Source: Hypanus sabinus (lineage: Eukaryota). Taken from it: a DNA stretch of 64,000 nucleotides. Of this stretch, positions 42,267 through 52,812 are shown piece by piece. The translations under genes and the position numbers were made by a program. The DNA lies in the NCBI RefSeq assembly GCF_030144855.1, contig NC_082709.1, positions 151,590,001-151,654,000 on the forward strand, given 5' to 3'. Every line of letters starts with the position of its first letter. Positions within the stretch are counted from its first letter, which is position 1. Below the pieces are notes generated by a model. That model had not been told where the DNA came from. It saw only the letters and a program-made list of their open reading frames with translations, and did not search any database.

Positions 42267-43406
42267 TCACGAGCTGCGACCTTCGCCAGCCCTGGCACGT
42301 GTCTCGGTAGTTCTCAGCTGCTCCTGCAACGACCTCACTTCATATTCTCCTGAGGCAAATCCAAGTACCAAGAGATCATCTACACACACCAAAACTCCAA
42401 ACGCCTCCACATCCCCTATCGTCTTCCACCTGCCCCGCAGAAAGGTTGCAAGGGCTCCAGATATGCCCTGTGGCATCTTTTTGGACCCGAAGACTCCTAG
42501 GGAATGTATAACGGCCTTCTTCTCCTTGTCGGCCCCACTCATCGGGATCTGGCAACATCCACTCCTCCGATCCAGCACCTTAAACCACATCGCACCACTC
42601 AGACAGGCCATCGCCTCTCTGGCCCTCAGGGCCATATTCTGGTCACTGACAGTGCGCCTCTTCAACGCAATATAATCCACACACACGCTGCCTACATCTT
42701 CCACGGCTGTAGGGGCCAGTCGCCGCAACCTCTCTCTCTCCGAGGTGTCTTCAGCAGTCAACTCCCCTCCCTTGTGGTATTTCGCAGCGTCCACGAAGAG
42801 GGTCTCACCCTCAGATACTTCCCCCAGGCCGTACCACCACTGGCTCTTGTTTGAATTCGGTATCAGCCCAATGCTGCTACACACGTCCGCACAAGCTGCT
42901 CGAAACCCTGGGTGCTTCGACAATGCCTCCAAACAACGCTCACCCGCCTCCTCCGGGCAGGCTCCCAAGCGCACCAGCAGGATTTTGGTTCTCTCTGGAA
43001 CAGAAACGCTGCCCGTCTCAACAGGGTCCGGACACATCAGCATTAACGATTCATGAACCTCAGTCTCCTCCACATTTGCCTCTAAGAACTCCATTTTCAC
43101 TGACCAACAACCGCTGTCTGGATAATCACCGGCACTGGTACCCCGAATCTCCAGTGTCCTCAATGTTGTCAAGGGTAAATGCTTCCAATAACGGTTATGA
43201 AACAAACTGTACAGCAACTTCACCGGCGCCCCGGTGCCGAGGATGGCTTTAACTTGACTTCCATCCATCCGTAACAACACCTGTGCGCATGGCCCCTCTA
43301 AGCCTTCAGGAATAGGGTCTGCTCCTTTCGGGAGTTCCTTGGTACATTGCTGGGAACGTGCTCCCCCAGAGACCCCAAGCCGTTCCCCCACTGGGCCTCC
43401 TCTAAG
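42267..43406 (-). pseudogene. Degenerate Gypsy pol: aspartic protease and partial RT, catalytic motifs mutated, frame open
   Basis: [11 protein letters not shown] (DTG to GTG), [36 protein letters not shown]...[24 protein letters not shown] (YxDD to CVDD). Confidence 0.85.
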
Positions 43407-43870
43407 TTTCCCGACACCTCTCGAATCAACGGAACAACTGATCCCCTTGGCACCACAAGCAATTTATCTGCTCCCCTAGGCAAAAAGGGATACCCTAAAA
43501 ACTTCCCACCAATCTCCTGCCACGGATATGATAAGCCCCCCAGCTGCGGCATTTGACTTCCAGTCGAACCACACGCATTTTCCCACACTTTCCCAGAACT
43601 GGCAGCGGTCACTTCGAGGTAATTGCGCCCGACAGTTCTAACAAAGTCACCAGCCCGCCTACTCAAACTTTCAACCCATCCCTGTCGCTTTCCCTCAGCC
43701 AAGCACTGCCACTCACCCAACAACTGAGAGGTCCGCTCCGCCCACGCCTCCGCCACTTTAGGGCTGGACATTATTCCAATAACCGGGCGGAGCTCACCAC
43801 TGCTGAAACATCCCAACCTGTCACTCCTCAATCTCCAAACAGTACGGACAACCCATGGTCCCACCACCAT
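43298..43870 (-). CDS. Truncated PNMA-like Gypsy Gag (frame open from 44020; first ATG at 43870)
   Basis: [38 protein letters not shown] matches the PNMA/Gypsy capsid motif EAWxEQxxQxLxEWQCSxxxKRQRLVESLRGPAADIV. ATG context gaaATGg is a strong Kozak. Confidence 0.8.
   Translation of the reverse strand: MVVGPWVVRTVWRLRSDRLGCFSSGELRPVIGIMSSPKVAEAWAERTSQLLGEWQCLAEGKRQGWVESLSRRAGDFVRTVGRNYLEVTAASSGKVWENACGSTGSQMPQLGGLSYPWQEIGGKFLGYPFLPRGADKLLVVPRGSVVPLIREVSGNLEEAQWGNGLGSLGEHVPSNVPRNSRKEQTLFLKA
43352..43412 (-). promoter_or_regulatory. -1 programmed ribosomal frameshift signal (G GGA AAC + H-type pseudoknot)
   Basis: Heptamer at 43412-43406 in the correct gag phase; 6-nt spacer; stem 1 GAGGCCC/GGGUCUC, stem 2 GGGAACG/CGUUCCC; the -1 frame is open into pol. 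Confidence 0.85.
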
Positions 43871-44039
43871 TTCGTCAGCACTAGTCGGAACTCGAACAAC
43901 GACAATTGCTACCAACAGCAGCCACCCCACCCAACACACACACAACGATAACCAGCAATCACACACCCACAAAGGCACACCAGCTCTTCGCCGCAGACAC
44001 AATTTAAAGAGGGTGATCACACAGCTTCCACAGAAATCA

Positions 44040-44057
44040 ACCCCGGACGAGCCCCCA
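44040..44057 (-). promoter_or_regulatory. Primer binding site complementary to the tRNA-Pro 3' end
   Basis: Minus strand TGGGGGCTCGTCCGGGGT, 3 nt from the LTR; 17/18 match to the canonical tRNA-Pro PBS TGGGGGCTCGTCCGGGAT. Confidence 0.92.
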
Positions 44058-44060
44058 CAA

Positions 44061-44728
44061 TGTAACTCCCTGGGTCGCCTCAGGCTCGCTCAGCTCGTTC
44101 TCGTCTAGGGGGAGCAGCCTTCGGCCCCGCCAAACTGGGTAATCAGCTGGTGTGGATGCTGTGTGATGTCCCCGCCTCGCCCAAAAACAGACAGCACACC
44201 ATATGCGATTAAATGAGTACAATTTATAAAGGTTACTATAACTAAGTGATTAATAACGATACAGTATATATGAAGAGAAAATTAAAGAAAAGGCGCCGAA
44301 CTTATCAAAGTCCAAACCACTTCGTGCACAGCCGTTGGAGCTCAATTACTGAAGTCTTCTGGCCACCATTCGATCTCCTCCGAACTCCTCGACTCTCCAA
44401 ACAGCTCAGGACCCTCCGAGTGGTCAACCAAGCACATCTAGCTTCATTCCCCCCCCCCACCTCAGAGAATCTCCCGGCCTCGGACCCCCCTTTGGGGTCC
44501 GATCCTCGCCCAGCTTAGAACATTGCGTCCTCTCTCTCGACCCCCTCGCGCCGATCTGCCCAAAAGTCCGTCAACAAAAGCTTACAGACTCAGAAGAAAG
44601 AACATTAATCCCCATTTGGTTTACAAAGGAATACCATTCTCGTTATCAGTAAATTAGCATTCCTGCTAGTTAACAAAAGGAAACCCTTTCCCAACAGTAA
44701 CAAAGAAAAAAAAGAAACCCCCTTTACA
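44061..44728 (-). repeat. 5' LTR (668 bp)
   Basis: tgtaactccctggg...cctttaca; direct repeat of 40784-41437; adjoins the PBS on the minus strand. Confidence 0.95.
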
Positions 44729-44998
44729 TGTTTTTCACACCATTCACTGTAAATTCTTGATACAATGTAAGTCCCAGATACCCAAACCACCCTGTTTGGC
44801 ACCAATAACCATTCCAAGGTCCAAGTCACTAAGGTCACATTTCTTCCGAATTCTGATGTTTGGTCAGAACAGCAACAGAACCCCTTGACCAAGTATGGAT
44901 GCTTTTTTGTGTTGAGTTGCTGCCACATGATTGGCTGATAAGATATTTGTGTTAATGAGCAGGTGTAAAGATGTATCTAATAAATTGACCACTGAGTG
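44729..44998. mobile_element. Tc1-family remnant with one TIR
   Basis: Ends ...gagcaggtgtaaagatgtatctaataaattgaccactgagtg|TA. Confidence 0.65.
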
Positions 44999-45412
44999 TA
45001 TGTGTGTGCCTGTAGAACAAATAGTTATATACTGAGTAAATGCTGGCAGTTAACTATGGAACTACTGGAAAGCCCAGTAAAATCCACACCATTGTGATTG
45101 ACTGGTCAACCTTTAAATTAATGCTATTGTAGCCCTTCAACTAACTGCATATTAAGTTATTTTTCCCACACATAGAAGAAATTACTCATCATTGAACACC
45201 AATATGGTCAATGCCTGCAAATTGAAATAGTGCAGAAAATTTGCAATTGGTATATTATGTTGTATTGCTTGTCAGAACATAGCTCTCAATAACCATCAGT
45301 AGATTTTAATGAAAGTCATAACATTATCTACAACATAACCAAGAGAATTAAATAGTGTGCAGGAAATCTCCGAAATTTGTTAAAATGCTAATCATCTACA
45401 GTACTATGCAAA

Positions 45413-48310
45413 ACATAAGAACATAAGAAATAGGAGCAGAGGAAGGCAATTTGGCCCATTGAGCCTGCTTTGCCATTCAATAAGATCATGGGTGATATGG
45501 CCATGGACTCATCCCACCTACCTGCCTTTTCCCATAACCCTTAATTCCCCTACAATGCAAAAATCTATACAACCTTGTCATAAATATATTTACTGAGGTA
45601 GCCTCCACTCCTTCATTGGGCAGAGAATTCCAGAGATTTACCACTCTCTGGGACAAGCAGTTCCTCTTCATCTCCATCCTAAATTTACTCGCCCAAATCT
45701 TGAGGCTAGTTCTCGCCTCACCTACCAATGGAAACAACTTCCCTGCCTCTATCTTATCTATTCCTTTCATAATTTTATGTTTCTATAAGATCTCCTCTCA
45801 TTCTTCTGAATTCCGTCAAGTACAGTCCCAGGTGACTCAGTTTCTCCTCATAGTCAAATCCCCTCATCCCTGGAATCAACCTGGTAAACCTCCTTGAAAG
45901 CCAGTATATCCTTCCTCAAATAAGGAGACCAGAACTGCACACACTACTCCTGTAAAGTTGCAGTATAACCTCCCTATTCTTAAATTCAATCCCCCTAGCA
46001 ATGGGGGATTCCATTTGCCTTCTTGACAGCCTGCTGCACCTGCAAACCCACCTTTTGTGATTCATGCACAAATCTCTTAGCACAACAGCATACTGCAAAT
46101 TTTTACCATTTAAATAGTAATCTGTTCTTTCATTATTCCTTCCATTTACTAACATTGTACTCCATCTGCCAGAGCCTTGCCCACTCACTTAACCTACCTA
46201 TATCTCTCTGCAGACTCTCTGTATCTTCTGCACAATTTGCTTTTCCACTCAATTTAGTATCATCAGAAAACTTAGATACACTATACTCAGTCCCCTCTTC
46301 CAGATCATTAATGTATATCATGAACAGATGAGGGGCCAGCACTGTACATTAGCACATAAAACAATAATAAACCAATGTCTGTATCTCTCAACTGCCGTAT
46401 AATTCCTGCACAATCATGTACCAATGTAACATCTTCTAGAACACCTCTAATCATATTTGCCTTCACCAACACGCCAGGCAGCACATAGCAGGCACCCATC
46501 ACTTTCTATGTTAAAAACAAAAAGCCCACACTACTCATTTGAATGTATCCCTCTCACAGTAAATGCATGCCCTCTGGTATTAGATATTTCAAACCTAGGC
46601 AAAAATGTATATATATTGGCCGGCTACTCTATGCCTCCCATAATTTTATGACCTCCTACCAGCTTCTGCAGCTCCAGAAAAAAATGACCAAAATTTGTCC
46701 AACCTTTCCCTATGGTATCTGCAAAGAGCTACCTGCAAACCTCTCTGTACTCTCTTCAAAGCCTTGACATCCTTCCCATAATGGGGTGACCAAAACTGAA
46801 AATAATATTCCAGATGGAGTTTTATAAAGCTGCAAATAACTTACCAACTCTTGAACTAAATTCCTTGATGAATAAAAGCAAGCATGTGATATGCCTTCTT
46901 TGCCATCCGATCAATCTGTGCAGCCACTTTCAGGGAGCTAAAGACTTGGACCACAAGATCCCTCTACACATCAACACTATTAGAGGACTTGCTATTAACA
47001 TTGTATTGTCCATTAACATTTGCTCTCCTGAAGTGCAGCTTCTCATATTTGTCTGGCTTAAACTTCATCTGCCATTTTTAAGCTCATATCTGCAACTGAT
47101 CTATATCCCACTGCATTCTTTGTCAGTTTTCTACGCGATCTACAACATCACCAATCTTTGTAGCATTTTTAAACTTACTAACCAACACAGCTACAGTATG
47201 TTTCTCATCCAGGACATTTATATCACAACCAGCAGAATTCCTGGTATAGATCCCTGTAAAACCACCAGTTACAGACCACCAGCCAGAATAAGTTCTGTTG
47301 ACCATTACTCTCTGCCTTCAATGGGTAAGCCAGTTCTAAATCTAAACGGACAAGTCACCATGCATCTTAATCTTCTGGATGAGCCTCCCATGAGGGACCT
47401 TGTCAACCATCTCACTAAAATCCATGTAGACAACATCCACAGCTCTACCTTCATCAATCACCTTATTCACTTCCTCAAAAACCTCAGTTTATTAAGACCT
47501 GACACATGATCCCTCTATCATGTTCACTCTGAGTGCATCTGTGTTATTATCCCTGATTAATTGCATTACTCCCCCACACCCACCCCTTCCCACTTTTACT
47601 TCCTACTCTGTTTTTTCTAAGACATCAGGATCACGGAACATTTTGAATCCATTCCCATTCTTCTTGCAACCAAGTCTCTGTTATGGCCACAGTGTCATAG
47701 CTGTATGCTGTTACCTATGCACTAAGTTCATCACCTTACCCTTAAAATGCCTAGTATTAAAATAGACACATTTCATCCTGTCCATCCCATTGTATCTACT
47801 ACATAGCCCTGCTTGATCTTACTGGTCATGGCATCTACCTTCCTCTCAATCCCTCCACTTTCTGGTTCCCATCCTCCTGCCAAACTAATTTTAACCCTCC
47901 TGGGTATCAGTAGTTAGCTTCCTAGTTAGGATATTGGTTCCTCTCCAGTTATGATGCAAACTGTCTCTTTTATTCAACATTCAAGATTGTTTATTATCAT
48001 TTGTCAATCCACGTGTCACCCCTGCCCCAATAAAGTTTCCAACGATCCAAGAATCTGAAACCCTGCAGCTACCACTCATTTATCTGTTCTATCTTTCTTT
48101 GACTAGCATGTGGCACCATGAATAATCCAGAGGTGAACACTTCTGAGGTCCTTCTTTTCAGCCTCTTTCCTAACTCCCTGTATTTGCTGTACAGGACCTT
48201 TTCTCCCTTTCTACCTCGTCATTGGTGTATCACAGCCTCTGGCTGCTCACCCTCCCACTTGAAAATGTTCTAGAGCTCTGTGACATCCTCAACCCTTACA
48301 CACCATCCTG
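45413..48310 (-). mobile_element. Cluster of CR1 LINE fragments
   Basis: aacataagaacataagaaataggagc tail; LFMIYINDLEEGTEYSVSKFSDDTKLSG; a second RT fragment at about 46500-47500; ORF1-like remnant at about 47850-48310. Confidence 0.85.
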
Positions 48311-48334
48311 GGTGGACAAAATCAGTGCAGACAC

Positions 48335-48881
48335 CTATGGCAGATAATGAACTGCCTCCATGCAATGCTTTCAATGATTGTATCCTCTAAGTCTTCATTT
48401 TCATTGTAACATTCAAGATTATTGTTGATGCCTTCAAATTCCCTGTAGTCCTTAACTTGTTGAATTAGTGAAATACTGTAGTTTCATTTCCACTCCCAGC
48501 TGTTTCTGGCACCTCCAAGTCTGAATGCTTGCAACCACAGTGAGCAAAACAGTTTGGAAATGTCTTTCTGCTTATTTTTTGCCAACTATCAGTGACAAAA
48601 ATCTCTGCTTTAACACTTAAATGTGTACGAACACAAACATACGCAACTGACACTATTTAAAAACTGTTCCCCCTAAGCACACCTAGCCTCTCAAGAGTGC
48701 ATGACTGACACTAGTTAAAACCTGTTCTGCAACAGTTTCTTGCCCCAATTAAGTGGCATCAGGTCCCAAATAAGTGAAGGGAATCCCGGTAATTTTCTTG
48801 ATAAGTTTTTGTTCTTTAAGAGTTGTCCCAAATAAGCCGCTACCCCAATAAACCGATGGCCCAATGGACTGGAATCCACTG
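48335..48881. mobile_element. TcMar-type non-autonomous transposon remnant
   Basis: Right end ...gcccaatggactggaatccactg|TA with repeated cccaa(a/t)taa subterminal motifs; left end not found. Confidence 0.4.
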
Positions 48882-48989
48882 TATTTTATATCTGAAAAAA
48901 AAACTTTATCTTGGATAATGAAGAAAGAAACATATCTGGACTAAAAAGAGAAAAATAACTTGTTCCAAACTTATGAAACAATCCTGGGT

Positions 48990-49675
48990 TTCAGCCTAGT
49001 GCTGGGGAAGGAGTACTAGCTAGGAGGTCATATATGAAGCCAAGTGGGCGGGGGAAGTGATGGGTGGCAAAAGTAAAGGGCTAGAGAAGATGGAATCTGA
49101 TAAGAGAGGGGAGTGGACCATGGGAAAAAGGGAAGGGGAAGGAGACATCAGGACATCTGGGGGGGGGGAGGATGATAGGCTGGAGGAGAAGTGAGGGGGT
49201 AGTAAGAGTGGGGAATGGAAGAGGAGGGAAAGGAGATGGGGAGAAATTACTCAAAGTTAAAGTTTGTGCCATCAGTTTGGAAGCTACCCTGATGGAATAT
49301 GCGGTGGTGCCTCATTATGGCAGTAGAAGAGTTCATGTAAGAATGGAAATGGGGACTGGCTATCAGGAACTCCTGCTTTTTGCAGATGGGGCAAAGGTGC
49401 TCGATAAGGCAGTCCCCTAATCTATGAGGGGTCTCACCAATGTATAGGACGCTGCATTGGATGCAAGGGATGCAGCAGACGACCCGAGCAGATTCTCAAG
49501 TGAAGTGTTGCCTCATTTGGAAGGATGGTTGGGGGCCCTGAATAGAAATGAGAGAGGAGTTGAATGGGCAAGGTAAGTCCACTTGCAAAGATAAGTGCCT
49601 GGCGGGAGATCAGTGGGGAGGGATAAATGGATAGGTTGTTTCTCCAGATTCCAGTATCTGTAGTCTCTCGTGTCA
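48990..49675 (-). mobile_element. Penelope-like element 3' fragment
   Basis: Similar to 8960-9630 (cctcattatggcagtagaagag, gtctcaccaatgtatagg, caagtgaagtgttgcctca). Confidence 0.75.
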
Positions 49676-49879
49676 GCAATTAGGAAGTGTCATGATCAGC
49701 AATTGAATCGTTTAGTATTAGAAAGTGCCAGTAGATAGGGTTGATTCTGTGTCTCTGACCACAGGTTCTGCATTCTACTTTCACCGTGATAGTGTAATGC
49801 TATTTCAGCTCAGGGTGTTGGAAGAAGAAAGGCCCAAATTCCGAGTGGAGTTACCAGGACTCCGTCGTGACATTTTGTT

Positions 49880-50010
49880 AGCAGGCCTTCTTGTTTTTAC
49901 GAGGCCGAGTTGCTAGCTCGACACTCAACCCAGCACAGATGGAAAGCCAGCTGGATTCAAACTCAGGAGCCTTCGCTCTGAAGTCCGGCACTGATGCCTA
50001 TGCCACCAGG
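49880..50010 (-). mobile_element. tRNA-derived SINE, same family as the one at about 6595-6760
   Basis: Minus strand ctggtggcataggcatcagtgccggacttc...gagtttgaatccag (A/B boxes), then ccatctgtgctgggttgagtgtcga. Confidence 0.65.
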
Positions 50011-50235
50011 GTGTTGGAGCTCAGAGTTTAATCCCAGCACCCACTGTACTGAGTTTGTATGTCCTCCCTTTAGAATAGGTGGGTTTCCTCCAGGTGCTCC
50101 AGTTTCCCCCCACAGTCTAACGATGTATCCGCTAGTAGGTCATTTGGTCACTGTAAATTGTCCTGCGATTGGGCTAGGGTTAAAGTGGGGGTTGCTGGGC
50201 AGCGGGGCTCGAAGACCCTATTTCATGCTAAAAAA
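50011..50235 (+). mobile_element. HE1/V-SINE-like SINE; further copies at about 51560-51800 (-) and 52880-53115 (-)
   Basis: gagtttgtatgtcctccc..gggtttcctccaggtgctccagtttccccccacagtc..tgtaaattgtcc V-domain-like core. Confidence 0.7.
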
Positions 50236-50329
50236 AATATAAATAAAATCTGGTGCTGCCTGAGCTGTTGGGTGTTTCCAGCATTTTTTTCTCAGGCTGC
50301 TAATTTTTTAAAACATGCGCCATTAAGAC

Positions 50330-50640
50330 TAGTCCACGTTGTTGAAAACGAGAGGGAGCATGAGTCATCGACCATGAGTGTGAGCGCAAAGCAGGAACCA
50401 ACACAGCGAGGCGCCAGCCAGCGAGCGAGCGAGCGGGGGAACGTCACGGAGCATGCGTCAGAGAGCGAACGGCAGGCCGCGAGCTGGGGAACGTTACGTC
50501 AGCGGAGCGAATGAACGCAGGAGCCGCTGCTCCCGGGACCCAATTACCCAGCAAGCTCGTCGGCGGCGTGTGGGCATGCGCGGGTGGGTGGCCCCGAGAT
50601 TCTGAAAGCGCCGGGCGGTGAGGGCGGCTGTCGGCAGAAA
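50330..50640 (+). promoter_or_regulatory. CpG-island promoter of a downstream gene
   Basis: The only non-repeat CpG-dense stretch in the window. AP-1 TGAGTCA at 50361-50367, CRE-like ACGTCA / TTACGTCA, NRF1-like GCATGCGC and GC boxes. Confidence 0.75.
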
Positions 50641-50681
50641 TACTGGCCATATATTAAAATTAACAGAAGACACGGTAACAG
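50580..50681 (+). other. Probable non-coding first exon of an unidentified gene (start approximate; donor after 50681)
   Basis: Consensus donor CAG|GTAAGT at the 3' edge of the CpG island; no recognisable coding exon downstream in the window. Confidence 0.55.
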
Positions 50682-52186
50682 GTAAGTTGAAACTGTCTTA
50701 CTTTGTTTTAATGTGTTAAATAAGAGTAAAAGTAATTGGTTTGATGGTGGAAGTCCAGATATCCTAAGTCCTGCTGCTTTTGAATGGTGTGGGGTGTTAT
50801 CACTTCCAATGAGGCCTAAAGTTAATGGAAACCGAGGACTTGTCATATATATACTGTAGCGAATGTGTTTCTGAGAACGTCTTGATCCCAGGCTTCCGGT
50901 GTCTATAATTTTCCAAATTGTTCAGTAGTACTATTTTAGGCTTCAGTAACGTTGGCGAATTGTAGAATATAGTCAAGCAGATAAACAGTGCATTTCCTAA
51001 ATTTTATTTGCAGCCTTGCACAGAAGGATGTGCTTTCTGAGATAACTAATTCAATTTTTACCGATTTATAGGACCTAATCGGTTTTACTAATTATTATTT
51101 TGAGTGAGCTGTCGTCCAGATGTATAAAGGTCATGTAGTATTGTAAGATTCCATCGAAGGAGATGTAGAGGAAGTAGAACCACTGAAAAATAGTTTCTGT
51201 GTCACATATTATAACAACAACTGTGACAGGTGCACAAAAAGCTATTACAAAAGGTAAGAGTGGATTAAGAAAAATAGGGGAGTTGCTCGTTACTGTTATG
51301 TGCCGTGTCAGAGTGGTGGCTATCCAACAGAAAAGAGAATTAAACTAGATGGATCGTTTTTGGATTGGTCATCTGTAACTAGTGGATTGCTACATATGAT
51401 CTATTTGAAGTGTGCATGAAGGGAGCAACAGTACTGTAGTAGAACTTTATGCTGATGCAAAGAGAGATAGGCTTAGTACGTTATGAGGAAGGCAGGATGA
51501 GCCCTGAAAGAGATACACGAGAGGTTAACTGAGTCATAGAAACAGCATTGAAACAAGAATCTGTACTGGCCATTGCCCATCTGTTTACACTTTACAGAAA
51601 TGAATCCCATCAATTCCACCCCCACCCCACATTGTACCACTCTCCCACAAACTAGGGGCAATTTACAGTAGCCAGTTAACCTACAAACCCACATGCCTTT
51701 GGGAAATGGAAAAGAATTGGGCAATCTGATAGTTAGGCAAACATCGCACACAGCACCCAAGGTTGAGATTGAACCCAGGTCTTTGGTGCTATAAGACAAG
51801 CATCTCTATGAGCTCTGTCATAGCACTGTCCCTAGGACTAGCAAGAAAGTGGCAGATACAATATGATGGTAAATACAGAGTCATTGACATTGGAAAGAAC
51901 AGTGAGAAACCATTATTTAAAGGGAGTAAAACTGCAAAAATCTGCCTCAAATGGATGAAGGGTTGTTAACACAAAAAGCTTGTACAGATACAGCAAATAG
52001 AAAGGTTATTGAAATTGTAATTTTTTATTACTGTGAGTATGGGGTATAAAACTAAGGGAATCTTGATGCAACTTTAGAATGCTGCTGAGACCATGGCAGA
52101 AGTATTGGATTACAGTTTAAGGAACAATGAGGCTGTCCTGAGAAGGTTCATTTGGTTGATTCCTGGAATTGAAGAATGAAGGGATA

Positions 52187-52812
52187 CAGTCGGCCCTCCT
52201 TATCCGCAAGGGATTGGTTCCGGGACCCCTCGCAGATACCAAAAAACGTGGATGCTCAAGTCCCTTATTCAACTTGTCTTAATGCAGTGGACCTTAGGAC
52301 CCAGCAGAACCCCAGACCTTATTTAACCGTTCTCAGTGCAGTGAACATTAGGACCTGGCAGTAGAACTCTGAATCCGCAGTGTTTCTGTTCACGAAAATA
52401 ATCACGATCACAATCAAAAATAAAGTGGAAATAATAAAGCGATCAGAAAAAGGTGAAACACCATCAGTTATTGTAAAAGCGTTAGGCTACTTCGGTCAAC
52501 AATTGGAACAATTTTAAAGGATAAAAGTGAGAAAGGCCCTGCCCCAATGAAAGCTACAATTATTACTAAGCAATATAGTGGTTTAATTACTGGGTTTTGG
52601 GGTTTTGAGTTNNNNNNNNNNNNNNNNNNNNNNNNNNNNNNNNNNNNNNNNNNNNNNNNNNNNNNNNNNNNNNNNNNNNNNNNNNNNNNNNNNNNNNNNN
52701 NNNNNNNNNNNNNNNNNNNNNNNNNNNNNNNNNNNNNNNNNNNNNNTGAAGAGCAGTTCCGTGTTTTCTCGATTCATGGTTGGTTGAATTTTAGGATAAG
52801 GAGGGCCGACTG
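52187..52812 (+). mobile_element. Non-autonomous TcMar-Tigger element with an HTH fragment, spanning an assembly gap and inserted in an old CR1
   Basis: TA|cagtcggccctccttatcc ... ggataaggagggccgactg|TA perfect TIRs. Confidence 0.85.
52612..52746. other. Assembly gap (135 N)
   Basis: Run of n characters. Confidence 0.99.

Larger units (their letters stand above)
40784..44728 (-). mobile_element. Non-autonomous Ty3/Gypsy LTR retrotransposon (PNMA-like gag) carrying captured myosin-rod sequence
   Basis: Two TG...CA LTRs (40784-41437 and 44061-44728), PBS, PPT, gag, protease and RT remnants. Flanks agttt / tgttt form a 5-bp TSD with one mismatch. Confidence 0.93.

Noticed and set aside
41821-42270. 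A genuine host myosin gene exon
   Set aside because: It lies between two LTRs, fused to RT sequence, with no other myosin exons in 64 kb and two distant rod segments joined directly.
40784-44728. Endogenous retrovirus with env (suggested by the tRNA-Pro PBS and a coiled-coil ORF after pol)
   Set aside because: Gag and RT motifs are Ty3/Gypsy (PNMA-like gag, CVDY, MPQG). The extra ORF has no signal peptide, CX6CC or transmembrane segment.
46814-47509. 231-aa hydrophobic + strand ORF
   Set aside because: Antisense to a CR1 RT fragment (VNRTYSGWWSVTGG on the minus strand); not a gene.
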